Source of the DNA: Elusimicrobiota bacterium
GTDB lineage: Bacteria; Elusimicrobiota; Elusimicrobia; UBA1565; UBA9628
DNA: 64,000 nt
Assembly: GCA_036676805.1 (NCBI GenBank)
Contig: JAKFCD010000110.1
Coordinates: 66,378-130,377 of the forward strand
Reading direction: 5' to 3'
Shown here: positions 18,801-26,040 of the stretch, one piece after another
Position numbering within the stretch: position 1 is the stretch's first letter
Layout: every line of letters begins with the position of its first letter
Made by a program: the position numbers and the translations under genes
Notes under the pieces: generated by a model
Databases searched by the model: none
What the model was told of the DNA's origin: nothing
What the model saw: the letters and a program-made list of their open reading frames with translations, nothing else

Positions 18801-20146
18801 TGGTTACCGGCCCGACCTACGAGGCTATTGACAACGTACTCCTCGGCGTCGCCACAGCTCTTATGGGAACGGGGCCTCTCGCGCTGCAACAAACACTCAT
18901 TGCGAGACTTCGTTCCACGACGCGACCGTCGGACTCGGCAGTGCCTCAGCAGATCGATGTTCCGACTGATCCATCGTCTCAGGCATTCCAGCAGTTGCGC
19001 GGCCGACTACAGCAGGCGCAGGGGCTGACACTCGTAGGGGCCCCGGTCCAACAGGCATACAAATTGATGGATTCAGCGGGACGGCCAGTCCAGGAGTTTT
19101 TCGACCTCGTCATCGTCGATGAAGCCTCTCAGATGGATGTCGCCACTTCGACTTTAGCGCTCGCAGGACTTGCGACAGGCGGCTCGGTTGTTGTCGCTGG
19201 AGATCCTCAACAGTTGCCGCCGATCCACCAGGCGGAGCCGCCGACAGGACTCGAGCACATGGTCGGGCCTCTCTTCAAATATCTGCGAGACCGCCACAAC
19301 CTAACTCCCTTGGTTCTGGATGTTAACTACAGATCGTGCTCAACCATCGTTGAATTGGCCCACGCGGCGAATTACCCAAGAACGCTTCAATCCTATTCAC
19401 CCAATCTTCGGCTCGAAGTTACTACGCCCATTCCAGCCGCTGCAGCCCCTCCTCAGGGATGGCCGCCTGGTTTGCTCTGGACTCCAGAATGGGCAGCGCT
19501 CCTCGATCCTGCGCAGCCAGCAACCTGCTTCATCTATCGGGAAGGACGCAGCAGCCAGTGGAATCAGTTCGAAGCCGATGCCGTCGCATCGCTCGTCTGG
19601 TTGCTTGCGAACCGGGTGGGCGACCACCTGGTGGACGAGCGAATCGCCCCAACTGGGAACATCCAGCCTACGATTGGGCTTCCATACTCCATGCAGGATT
19701 TCTGGAATAGGGGGATTGGGATTGTAACTCCGCACAGAGCGCAGCAGGCTCTCATTGTGAATCGTCTCCAATCGCTGTTCCCCGGTCCAGACGGTCGGGA
19801 TATCCGCGAAGCAGTGGACACGGTCGAGCGATTCCAGGGCCAACAACGGGACGTAATGTTGGCGACCTTCGCATTGGGAGACCCTGACGCCATTGGCGAT
19901 GAGGACGAATTTCTTCTCAGCCTCAATCGCTTCAACGTAATGGTGTCGCGGGCTCGCGCGAAGCTTATCGTATTCGCTTCGCAAGAGGTGGTCGACCATA
20001 TGTCTTCCGACATGAACGTCTTGCGTCAGTCGGCGCTACTAAAAACCTTCGTGGAGCCCTTCTGCAATCAGGGGAGGCCGATGATCCTCGGCCACATGCG
20101 CGCGGCCGGACCTCATCAGGTTCCGGGACGCTTCCGTTGGCGCTAA
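15881..20146 (+). CDS. DNA2-like nuclease-helicase: N-terminal RecB/PD-(D/E)xK-type nuclease plus C-terminal SF1B (Upf1/DNA2-like) helicase, 1421 aa
   Basis: GTG start 9 nt after GGGGAGA. Helicase motifs 'LIWGPPGTGKSRT', 'LVIVDEASQMDV', 'LDVNYRS', 'TVERFQGQQRDV', 'NVMVSRARAKLIVF'. N-terminal 'RPDLIQV ... VIEIKLTAE ... YYSMALAAW' resembles PD/ExK/QxxxY nuclease motifs. Confidence 0.7.
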   Translation: MPYLTKQVISNYLRSECRRRLRLDLSPDNQRYRAERTAQAMPPEAVGRPGLRALAAAGTEWEESKLNDLVQTLGTAALIGNSVRTTTGSLRFSETPLSGVIGRAAPGTFIVQGEYDLGPGFEAALGIASLRTAHALNYGQLRPDLIQVLAPGTQSHAVRPDGTIIDVPQGDQRLPLRVIEIKLTAEPSVPYFVEVTYYSMALAAWLADHQLDNRFFVVPEAAVWPGSHEASAVVRFQSECQAQGITPTSAQLLQALAGDLEIGEFSVFAPRLRRFFQEELAAVLGQPWRQLEWHVDNRCIGCEYLGYPWPGTTPNPDHCWPMANTQDHLSRVAFVSRGARNALEENLIGSVAALAGTQPDNVAFDSHHVLRATRTVVAGRAQSLTTGQAAVPPQAGTSAVMPRWTDLRIYLTADFDIGSGITMAFGFKAVWGVAQNRIQQGQQHFHVWQAQAFPIDQRDPAVEQRELLRLLDAVDQALRFATATIPTATVQVYVWDSLTYDHLVRVIGRHLTSIIQNRLLSRLAWLFPPDTLVANPDISDRFCPITVLRDVMRAVIAAPVPHYYSLLSVAREYHSARTQPPFDRFDVPTFFEDPLSDQVPSERAHEIWSRATGARPWNVQLRSLERTVQVKLNAIESIADRLGADLQGQLNQTAPRITDLRAPSLPRRMADDARLWSIFARLNVALEELEIEKTHAMPPHEREARFKSAWLTNRLAGPAAQQVLTRFGLQPASNRLVFTIRPGSREVKAKEGDFTFALAPASAPGFLGRRIRTVAGAVQLPLPGTNDEWKPMEYVTGVSVQAIDRDAGHIVLDLDTRWAPVFFALEQAGVVNFSTDVMLDPVHRDFFTKRLDKTLNAIGNPPIAIAHPGVGQAIGRARRATAGAVSPVADVYWNSAALYGSQVQRNLPPIQTLLSASPDFDLNQSQWQAWQESLTHRLRLIWGPPGTGKSRTLRTIVMGAFHEASQQGQQMRVLVTGPTYEAIDNVLLGVATALMGTGPLALQQTLIARLRSTTRPSDSAVPQQIDVPTDPSSQAFQQLRGRLQQAQGLTLVGAPVQQAYKLMDSAGRPVQEFFDLVIVDEASQMDVATSTLALAGLATGGSVVVAGDPQQLPPIHQAEPPTGLEHMVGPLFKYLRDRHNLTPLVLDVNYRSCSTIVELAHAANYPRTLQSYSPNLRLEVTTPIPAAAAPPQGWPPGLLWTPEWAALLDPAQPATCFIYREGRSSQWNQFEADAVASLVWLLANRVGDHLVDERIAPTGNIQPTIGLPYSMQDFWNRGIGIVTPHRAQQALIVNRLQSLFPGPDGRDIREAVDTVERFQGQQRDVMLATFALGDPDAIGDEDEFLLSLNRFNVMVSRARAKLIVFASQEVVDHMSSDMNVLRQSALLKTFVEPFCNQGRPMILGHMRAAGPHQVPGRFRWR

Positions 20147-21030
20147 AACCGCGGATGCGCCCTCTGGCAAGCCTTCTTCAGATGCTCGGCTGTGACGTGG
20201 GTGTAGCGGGCCGTCGTCAGCACGGACGCGTGACCCAATAGCTCGGCAAGGGTCCGCAGGTCGACGCCTCCCTGGAGCAGATGCGTCGCGCAGCTATGGC
20301 GGATCTGATGGGGCGTCACGCGGCCAAGAAGCCCAGCCCGGCGCGCTGCCGCCCCAAGACGCCTCCCGAAGCCGCCACGAGTGATCGGACCCCGGCCTCG
20401 CCCATTGAGAAACACGACGTCGCCCGTCGCCGGGAAGCGCGCGGCGCGGGCATCAAGGTAGCGCCCCAGGGCGGCCCCAGCGCGGGGCCCGAAGGGGACA
20501 AGGCGCTCCTTTGAGCCCTTCCCCGTCACGCGCGCCCAACCCTCCCGGAGGTCTACCTGCCCCAGGCGCAGGCCGGTCAGCTCCGAGACCCGCATCCCCG
20601 TGGCGTACATGAGCTCGAGCATGGCGTGGTCGCGCAAGGCCGCGAACTTGCCCCCCACAGGCGGGCGAAGCAGGCGATCCATGCCCTCCTCGGCCAACGG
20701 TTTCGGGATTCGCTGCTTGAACCGCGGCAGCCTCATCCCGCTGGTCGGGTCGGCCGGGACGAGGCCGACCGCGACCAGATGGCGATGGAACTGTCGGACG
20801 GCCATCGCAGCGATGAATAGCGACGCGGACTTGAGCCCGGCGTCCCGGCGGCGCTCGTGGTAGGCGAGGACGTCGCCGCGGGTGGCAGTGGCCACCGCCC
20901 GGCCATTCTCCCGCAGGTGGGCCACGTAGGCCCCGAGCTGATACCCGTAGGACAGGCAGGTGTTGGGGGCAAGCCCCCGCTCCACCCGCAGATGCTGCAC
21001 GAAAGCGTCGACCAGCGGATCAGTCGCCAT
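20143..21030 (-). CDS. site-specific tyrosine recombinase, XerC/XerD family (295 aa, no phage-type arm-binding domain)
   Basis: N-terminus 'LVDAFVQHLRVERGLAPNTCLSYGYQL'. C-terminal catalytic region 'RHSCATHLLQGGVDLRTLAELLGHASVLTTARYTHV'. The size and N-terminus match Xer-type recombinases rather than phage integrases. Confidence 0.8.
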   Translation of the reverse strand: MATDPLVDAFVQHLRVERGLAPNTCLSYGYQLGAYVAHLRENGRAVATATRGDVLAYHERRRDAGLKSASLFIAAMAVRQFHRHLVAVGLVPADPTSGMRLPRFKQRIPKPLAEEGMDRLLRPPVGGKFAALRDHAMLELMYATGMRVSELTGLRLGQVDLREGWARVTGKGSKERLVPFGPRAGAALGRYLDARAARFPATGDVVFLNGRGRGPITRGGFGRRLGAAARRAGLLGRVTPHQIRHSCATHLLQGGVDLRTLAELLGHASVLTTARYTHVTAEHLKKACQRAHPRF

Positions 21031-21039
21031 CGACGCGCC

Positions 21040-21465
21040 CTACGCCTTCTGGACGACGCGCACCCGCTTCTTCTCGTCGCGGACCACCTGCCAGCCCTTC
21101 CTGGCGTAGGAGACCATCCGGGCCCGCACGTTGGCCTGGAGGTCCTTACCCTTGGCGGCGTCGCCGGCCTTCTTGGCGAGCTCGGCGGCGATCTCCTGGA
21201 CCGTATGCTGCCCCGTCGTCAGCATGGGGTCGATGAACGCCGCCAGCGACCCATCCCTGCCCGCGCCCTGGGCCTTGCCCGCCTTCTTCACGCCGTTGGC
21301 GGCGACCGTCTTCGCGACCTTCCCGTTCTTCTTCGCCATAGCTCTCTCCTCCCATTCGATTCGTCGGACCTCTTCCGCGCAGCCGTGGCAGGCGAAGCCC
21401 GCGAAGGACCGCCTCACCACCAGCCGTCCGGCCATCACGTTCGTGCCGCACTTCTCGCAGATCAT
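21040..21465 (-). CDS. small basic Lys/Ala-rich putative DNA-binding protein, possibly with an N-terminal zinc ribbon (alternative start 21366)
   Basis: A strong internal RBS (GGGAGGAGAG) precedes 'MAKKNGKVAKTVAANGVKKAGKAQGAG'. Upstream in frame lies 'CEKCG...CHGC'. The C-terminal 'GKDLQANVRARMVSYARKGWQVV' module is shared with the 22869-23291 product. Confidence 0.45.
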   Translation of the reverse strand: MICEKCGTNVMAGRLVVRRSFAGFACHGCAEEVRRIEWEERAMAKKNGKVAKTVAANGVKKAGKAQGAGRDGSLAAFIDPMLTTGQHTVQEIAAELAKKAGDAAKGKDLQANVRARMVSYARKGWQVVRDEKKRVRVVQKA

Positions 21466-21474
21466 CGCCTGCTC

Positions 21475-21714
21475 TCAGGCCAACTCGTCGGGCTTGGCTC
21501 CGGGCCGGAAAGACCCAATGAGTTTCTCCACCTCGCGCATCTCCTTGCGGCGTTCCGTGAATTCGGAAATGCCGTGCGACACGCCGCGCGCCACGGCCAC
21601 CTCGACTTCCTTGCGGCCGAAGCCGAGTTGCAGCGCCCGGATGACCTGGTCCGCCAGCAGGTCGGTGACCAGACAGTTGAGCACATCGTCCTTGGGCATC
21701 TTCATCTCTTTTCC
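21475..21714 (-). CDS. hypothetical small protein (HTH-like)
   Basis: GGAGG RBS precedes 'MKMPKDD...'. The segment 'GFGRKEVEVAVARGVSHGISEFTERRKEM' resembles an HTH. Confidence 0.4.
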   Translation of the reverse strand, partial: GKEMKMPKDDVLNCLVTDLLADQVIRALQLGFGRKEVEVAVARGVSHGISEFTERRKEMREVEKLIGSFRPGAKPDELA

Positions 21715-21932
21715 TCCCGGAGCGCGGCGTCGTATTTCTTGAAGGCGGTCATGATGCGCTCGGCCTCCCGCTGCGCCTCGTTGCAGGCCGTGTAGACGGC
21801 GTGGATCTCCTCGGGGTCGAGCCCTCCCTTGAATTGGAGAGCCAGACCCTTGGCGTCCGTCTCGAAGCAGATGTCGGTGAATTCGCTCGAGGGGTGCGGC
21901 CGCGTCACGACCCAAAACTTCTCGATCTTCAT
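21702..21932 (-). CDS. hypothetical small protein
   Basis: GGGAGG RBS. 'MKIEKFWVVTRPHPSSEFTDICFETDAKG...' has coding-like composition. Its 3' end overlaps the next gene's start (21702-21714). Confidence 0.4.
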   Translation of the reverse strand: MKIEKFWVVTRPHPSSEFTDICFETDAKGLALQFKGGLDPEEIHAVYTACNEAQREAERIMTAFKKYDAALREEKR

Positions 21933-22141
21933 TGGCCCCTCCCAGGTGCTTGAAGCTTCTCTCGAATGAGGTGGATCGCCAACCCAAACGCCTCGGCGGC
22001 CGCGCAATTGCCGTCGTTGATCGCCTCGCCGAGCCATTCGTCCAAGACCGCCTCCGCCTCCCTCAGGTACGAGGGGTGTCGCGCGTTCTTGGCCGCGATC
22101 TTCGTCACCGTGTCCTTGTCGAATCTCTCCCTGGTCGCCAT
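21929..22141 (-). CDS. hypothetical small protein
   Basis: GGGAGG RBS precedes 'MATRERFDKDTVTKIAAKNARHPSYL...'. 4-nt overlap with the downstream gene. Confidence 0.4.
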   Translation of the reverse strand: MATRERFDKDTVTKIAAKNARHPSYLREAEAVLDEWLGEAINDGNCAAAEAFGLAIHLIREKLQAPGRGQ

Positions 22142-22543
22142 CTCTTGCCTCCCACCCTCGGGGCAAACCCCTTGGGTCAGGAAGGAAGCTACAGCGACTT
22201 CCCGAAGTAATCCATAGGCCTGAAGGCCCAATTCTCGTCGGAAAGCCGCAACACCTTGCGACGTTCGGCTCGAAATTCGGGACCCCGAATCGGAGGCGAA
22301 AAGTCGCGCGAATTTGGGGAAGACGCCGGCCGCCGCGATGCGCTGCGGCGGCCGGGCTACTTCGATGGGCTTGGCCGCTGCTCCCGGCGGCCGCGGATCG
22401 CGCGGACGTGGGGCAGGAACCCGCTCGCTGGCTTCGCGTGGAGCAGCCGCCACAAGAACGAGTCGATGCCGCCCCAATCGACGCGGTCCTCCCACACGGT
22501 GACCACGAACTCTGTCAGGATCAGCCGCTTGCGCCGGGCCACT

Positions 22544-22795
22544 CTACGCGCCCGACCCGGCCTCCGCAGCCTTCAGGTAGCCCTCGCGCTTCAGGCGATC
22601 CGAGATGGCCTCGAACCCCAGGCTGTAGAAGCTCGTGCCCGTGGCCTTCTTGTACGCCTTCGCCGCGTCCAGGAGATCCTGAGTGACGCGGATCGCGCGG
22701 ACGATTGGCTTGGGAGGCCCTTCGGGCTTCGGCGCGGCCTGCTTGGCGGCGGGTGCCGCCGCGGTCTTCTTTCCGTTTTTCTTCGATTTGGACAT
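22544..22795 (-). CDS. small basic Lys/Ala/Pro-rich (histone H1-like tail) protein
   Basis: AGGAGGGA RBS 5 nt before the ATG. The N-terminus 'MSKSKKNGKKTAAAPAAKQAAPKPEGPPKP' has a KKNGK prefix that is shared with the 21040 product. Confidence 0.5.
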   Translation of the reverse strand: MSKSKKNGKKTAAAPAAKQAAPKPEGPPKPIVRAIRVTQDLLDAAKAYKKATGTSFYSLGFEAISDRLKREGYLKAAEAGSGA

Positions 22796-22868
22796 GGTGT
22801 CCCTCCTCTTGGTCGGGCGGTTGGCCGCCCGTTGCGAGGACAGGACTACCTTCTAACTCGGCGGCTCA

Positions 22869-23291
22869 TCAAGCTACCTGGCAGGGATGCGCCCTAAGAT
22901 GGCCGTTCGAGTCCTTCTCGATCCGGTATCCCTTCGCGCGGAGCCAGTAGACCCGGGCGCGGACGTTGGCTGGGAGGTCCTTGCCCCGGCAAGCGGCGCT
23001 GGCCTTGCGCCTGGTCTCGCGTAGTATGCCGCGCATGGTCAGCTCTCCCCGGACCAGGAGGGAGTCGATGACCGCGGACAGGGGCGGGCCCGATGCGCGC
23101 GCCGGGGTCGCGCCAATGGCTGGAGCGCCCCGCTGGACTCGCTTGAGGGGGTAGGCCGCCGGGATCGCGTAGCGATTGCCCGAGGCAAGGCTGGTCACGA
23201 TCATGGCCCCAGGGCGCGCCACCTCGACCCGGACTGAGAGGCCGGAGGCCGTGACGCAGATGTCGCCCCTCCCCGGCCTATGGGTCGCCAT
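22869..23291 (-). CDS. hypothetical protein with C-terminal module paralogous to the 21040-21465 product
   Basis: C-terminus '...CRGKDLPANVRARVYWLRAKGYRIEKD' compared with 'KGKDLQANVRARMVSYARKGWQVVRDE'. The N-terminal ~90 aa are unrelated. Confidence 0.45.
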   Translation of the reverse strand: MATHRPGRGDICVTASGLSVRVEVARPGAMIVTSLASGNRYAIPAAYPLKRVQRGAPAIGATPARASGPPLSAVIDSLLVRGELTMRGILRETRRKASAACRGKDLPANVRARVYWLRAKGYRIEKDSNGHLRAHPCQVA

Positions 23292-23677
23292 GGCCCCCCG
23301 ATTCGCTGCCCTGTTGGGGCGGCGATGGTGGTAAAGTCCAGCCGTTCTTCAAACGACCGGATTCGAACTTCTTGCTCTTGGGGCGGGCATCCGAACGCGC
23401 GTCGCCTCGCTCGAAACCCGCCTCCGGGTCTCGAAAAACCTTCTCGCCGTTCGCGATCAGGGCGAAATCGGCGGGCCAGCGGGCCGGGAAAGACGGGATA
23501 TATTGCGTTGTTTCGGTCGATGGAACAGGCGGACGAATTAAAGCGGTGGTATTATGACCTCGCCGTCCCCGCCAGCTTTTCCGTGATTCGGCAACCGCTG
23601 TTTCAGTCCCGTTTTTTCGCGGGTCAGGGACAGCGGTTATTATTTTGGATTCTCAGCTTGCTCGTGGGGGAGGCGCC

Positions 23678-24205
23678 ATGCTTGAAAACTGCTCGAGGGC
23701 CTTGGGGTCGCTGCTGGGCGCAATGCTGGTTTTGCAGTCGGTCGGCTGCGGGACCATCCTGCATCCCGAGCGCAAGGGGCAGCAAGCCGGAAAGATCGAC
23801 GTGGCCGTCGCCGCTCTGGATGCGATCGGCCTGCTGTTTTTCATCGTTCCCGGGGTGATCGCTTTCGCCGTGGACTTCAATAACGGGACGATTTATCTTC
23901 CCGCGGGCGGGAAAGGCCTGCTGAACCGGAACGATTTGGAAAAAGTGAGATTCGATCCCCGGGCCAACGCCAAAGCGAACGTCGAGAAGGTCCTTCGGGA
24001 AAGAACCGACCTCGTTATCCAATTGGACCAAGATGACCTGGAAGTCATCGAGTTGATGTCCCTCGATGAGCTGCCGGCGCGCTTCGCTTCCGCGTCGAGG
24101 GTAGGCAACTCGATCCGGATAGCCATGATGACAAGCGATTCGTTCAAGAAGCCCGGCGGGGTCATGGCTCCGCCCGCGGCTAAGGACGAACCGTCAGTCC
24201 GTTGA
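23678..24205 (+). CDS. lipoprotein, hypothetical
   Basis: GGGGGAGG RBS. Signal peptide with lipobox 'LVLQSVGC'. Confidence 0.5.
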   Translation: MLENCSRALGSLLGAMLVLQSVGCGTILHPERKGQQAGKIDVAVAALDAIGLLFFIVPGVIAFAVDFNNGTIYLPAGGKGLLNRNDLEKVRFDPRANAKANVEKVLRERTDLVIQLDQDDLEVIELMSLDELPARFASASRVGNSIRIAMMTSDSFKKPGGVMAPPAAKDEPSVR

Positions 24206-24611
24206 TCACCTTGCCTTGGCCCGCGAGCGCCTCGGCCCGCCTGCCGGCCTCGGCCTTGTCCCACTCGGTGCGCACGATCCCGCTGAGAATCACGCTGCCC
24301 CGGTTCGTCTCGACGCGCAGGCCGTCGACGGGGATTCCGGCGTTGCCCATGGGCGGAAGGCCCTGAAGCTCGTTGGGGCCCCGCGTGATGGAGATGAAGA
24401 CGTTGACCGTCAGCGGCCGGCCGCTCGGGGAGGGCGGGGCCGGCGTTCCGGCCGGGCGCGGCGGCTGGAGCGTCTGGCTCGGGTTGATCGGAGGGATCGT
24501 CTGGCTCGGGTTGATGTTCACCGGAGGCCTCTCCGTGCGCATGCGCCTGACTTCCTGCGCGACCGCGAAAGACGCGAGCAAGACCAGTATGAGCGGAGAT
24601 GAGCTTTTCAT
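24180..24611 (-). CDS. secreted BON-domain protein with Pro-rich tandem repeat
   Basis: Signal peptide 'MKSSSPLILVLLASFAVAQ'. Repeat 'NINPSQTIPPINPSQT' arises from a DNA direct repeat at ~24470-24520. C-terminal BON-like 'SVILSGIVRTEWDKAEAGRRAEAL...VINGLTV'. Confidence 0.55.
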   Translation of the reverse strand: MKSSSPLILVLLASFAVAQEVRRMRTERPPVNINPSQTIPPINPSQTLQPPRPAGTPAPPSPSGRPLTVNVFISITRGPNELQGLPPMGNAGIPVDGLRVETNRGSVILSGIVRTEWDKAEAGRRAEALAGQGKVINGLTVRP

Positions 24612-24721
24612 CGCGAACCTCCCGGGGAGCGTCTCGGCGCCCGCCTCGAGCGTAGTTTAGCGGCGCCCGGCGGGCGCGGCCATGGAGGCGCGGGAACGGC
24701 CCCGTCAGGCTTCCGTGACGC

Positions 24722-25735
24722 CTACCGCGCGGTCGCTTCGTGCCGCACGAGAAGCGCGGCGCCGAGCAGGAGCAGCGCGGCGCCCTGATGGGCGGCGCCG
24801 AGAACCACGGGGACCCGGTACAGCAAGGCGAACGCCCCGAGCGCGACCTGCGCCGCGGTGACGGCGGCGAGCAGGTGCAGCGCCGTCATCGCGCGCCGCG
24901 GCAGGCGCGCGCGCAGGCCGCCGAGCCAGCCCGCCAGCGCGGCCAGCGCCAGCACCCCGGCCAGGACGCGGTGATCGTATTGGACCGTGAGCTTGTTCTC
25001 GAAGAAGTTGGACCAGAGCGGGCGCAGCTCCAGCAGGTAGGGCGGCACCCAGTAGCCGCCGATGAGCGGAAAGGTATTGAACGCCAGGCCGGCGCGCAGC
25101 CCGGCCACGAGGCCGCCTGACGCGATAGTAAGGAAGCTCAGGCCGACGAGGACCCCCGAGAGGCGGCAGAGCCACGGGCGTCGCGGCGCCGGGGGGACGT
25201 CCGCGGGCCGCAGCCGCTCCAGCGCGATGGACAGCATGGCCGCGTAGAGCAGGCAGGCCGCCAGCAGGTGCGCGGTCAGGCGGTAATGGCTCACGCGCGG
25301 CTCGTGGACCAGGCCGCTGGCGACCATGTACCAGCCGAGCGCCCCCTGCAGCGCCCACAGCAAAGCGACCCCGGAGAGCTTGAGCGCCAAGGAGCGGTCG
25401 AGGGCCCGCTTGAACGCGAAATAAAGGAAAGGGACGAGGAAGACGAGGCCCGCCCCGCGGGCCAGGAGGCGATGGGAGTACTCCATGAGGTAGATCGACT
25501 TGAAGGCGGCGAGGCTCATCCCCGCGTTGACCTTACGGTACTCCGGGGTGCCTCGGTATTTCTCGAACTCCGCCTCCCAGCGGGCGGCGCCGAGCGGGGG
25601 CACGACCCCCGCGACGGGCTCCCATTCGACGATGGAAAGCCCGCTGCGGGTCAGCCGCGTCACCCCGCCCGTCACGAGCACGACCCAGACGCACGCCGTG
25701 CACAGCAGCAGCCAGCTCCCGATCGCTTTTCTCAC
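24722..25735 (-). CDS. ctaA: heme A synthase (CtaA/COX15 family)
   Basis: Polytopic membrane protein with conserved segments 'TGGVTRLTRSGLSIVEWEP', 'HRLLA', 'HLLAA'. GTG start at 25735; upstream ORF-track extension rejected. Confidence 0.7.
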   Translation of the reverse strand: MRKAIGSWLLLCTACVWVVLVTGGVTRLTRSGLSIVEWEPVAGVVPPLGAARWEAEFEKYRGTPEYRKVNAGMSLAAFKSIYLMEYSHRLLARGAGLVFLVPFLYFAFKRALDRSLALKLSGVALLWALQGALGWYMVASGLVHEPRVSHYRLTAHLLAACLLYAAMLSIALERLRPADVPPAPRRPWLCRLSGVLVGLSFLTIASGGLVAGLRAGLAFNTFPLIGGYWVPPYLLELRPLWSNFFENKLTVQYDHRVLAGVLALAALAGWLGGLRARLPRRAMTALHLLAAVTAAQVALGAFALLYRVPVVLGAAHQGAALLLLGAALLVRHEATAR

Positions 25736-25782
25736 GGGAAGGATGCCTCGCAACGAACCTGCCGGCGGCGCCGGGGACGTTT

Positions 25783-26013
25783 CTAGCGCTTCCCGGCGAC
25801 GGCGGCCTGATGCTCCCCGTCGACGGCGAAGGAGAGCTTGGCGTCGAGGCGGAAGACCAGGCGGCCGTCGTCGACCACCGCCTGGAAGTTCTCGACGTAG
25901 AGCGACTTGATGTTGCGCACCGACTTGCCCGCTTCCTTCACGGCCTGCTGGGCGGCGTCCTCCCAGCTCGTCTCGGACTGCGCCAGGACCTCGATGACTT
26001 TCATGACGGACAT
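25783..26013 (-). CDS. dodecin family flavin-binding protein
   Basis: 76 aa. 'VIEVLAQSETSWEDAAQQAVKEAGKSVRNIKSLYVENFQAVVDDGRLVFRLDAKLSF' fits the dodecin fold signature. Confidence 0.7.
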   Translation of the reverse strand: MSVMKVIEVLAQSETSWEDAAQQAVKEAGKSVRNIKSLYVENFQAVVDDGRLVFRLDAKLSFAVDGEHQAAVAGKR

Positions 26014-26040
26014 GATGAACCTCCGTGGAATGGACGGCGA

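Noticed and set aside
22357-22542. 61-aa minus-strand ORF immediately downstream of the 22544-22795 gene
   Set aside because: It has no convincing RBS, an Arg-rich low-complexity tail and no family features. It was left unannotated but could be a real small gene of the cluster.
23341-23375. GGATTCGAAC (reverse complement of tRNA T-loop GTTCGAATCC) in the 350-nt gap after the small-gene cluster, considered as a tRNA or att remnant
   Set aside because: Flanking bases do not form a T-stem or acceptor stem on either strand, and no D-loop or anticodon arm is nearby. Judged a chance match. No tRNA was found in the window.
23560-23640. Imperfect inverted repeat around a TTTTTT run (aaccgctgtttcagtcccg / cgggtcagggacagcggtt) upstream of the lipoprotein gene, considered as an att core or terminator
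   Set aside because: The stem has multiple mismatches and there is no matching direct repeat within the window. It may still be a weak bidirectional terminator, but evidence is insufficient.
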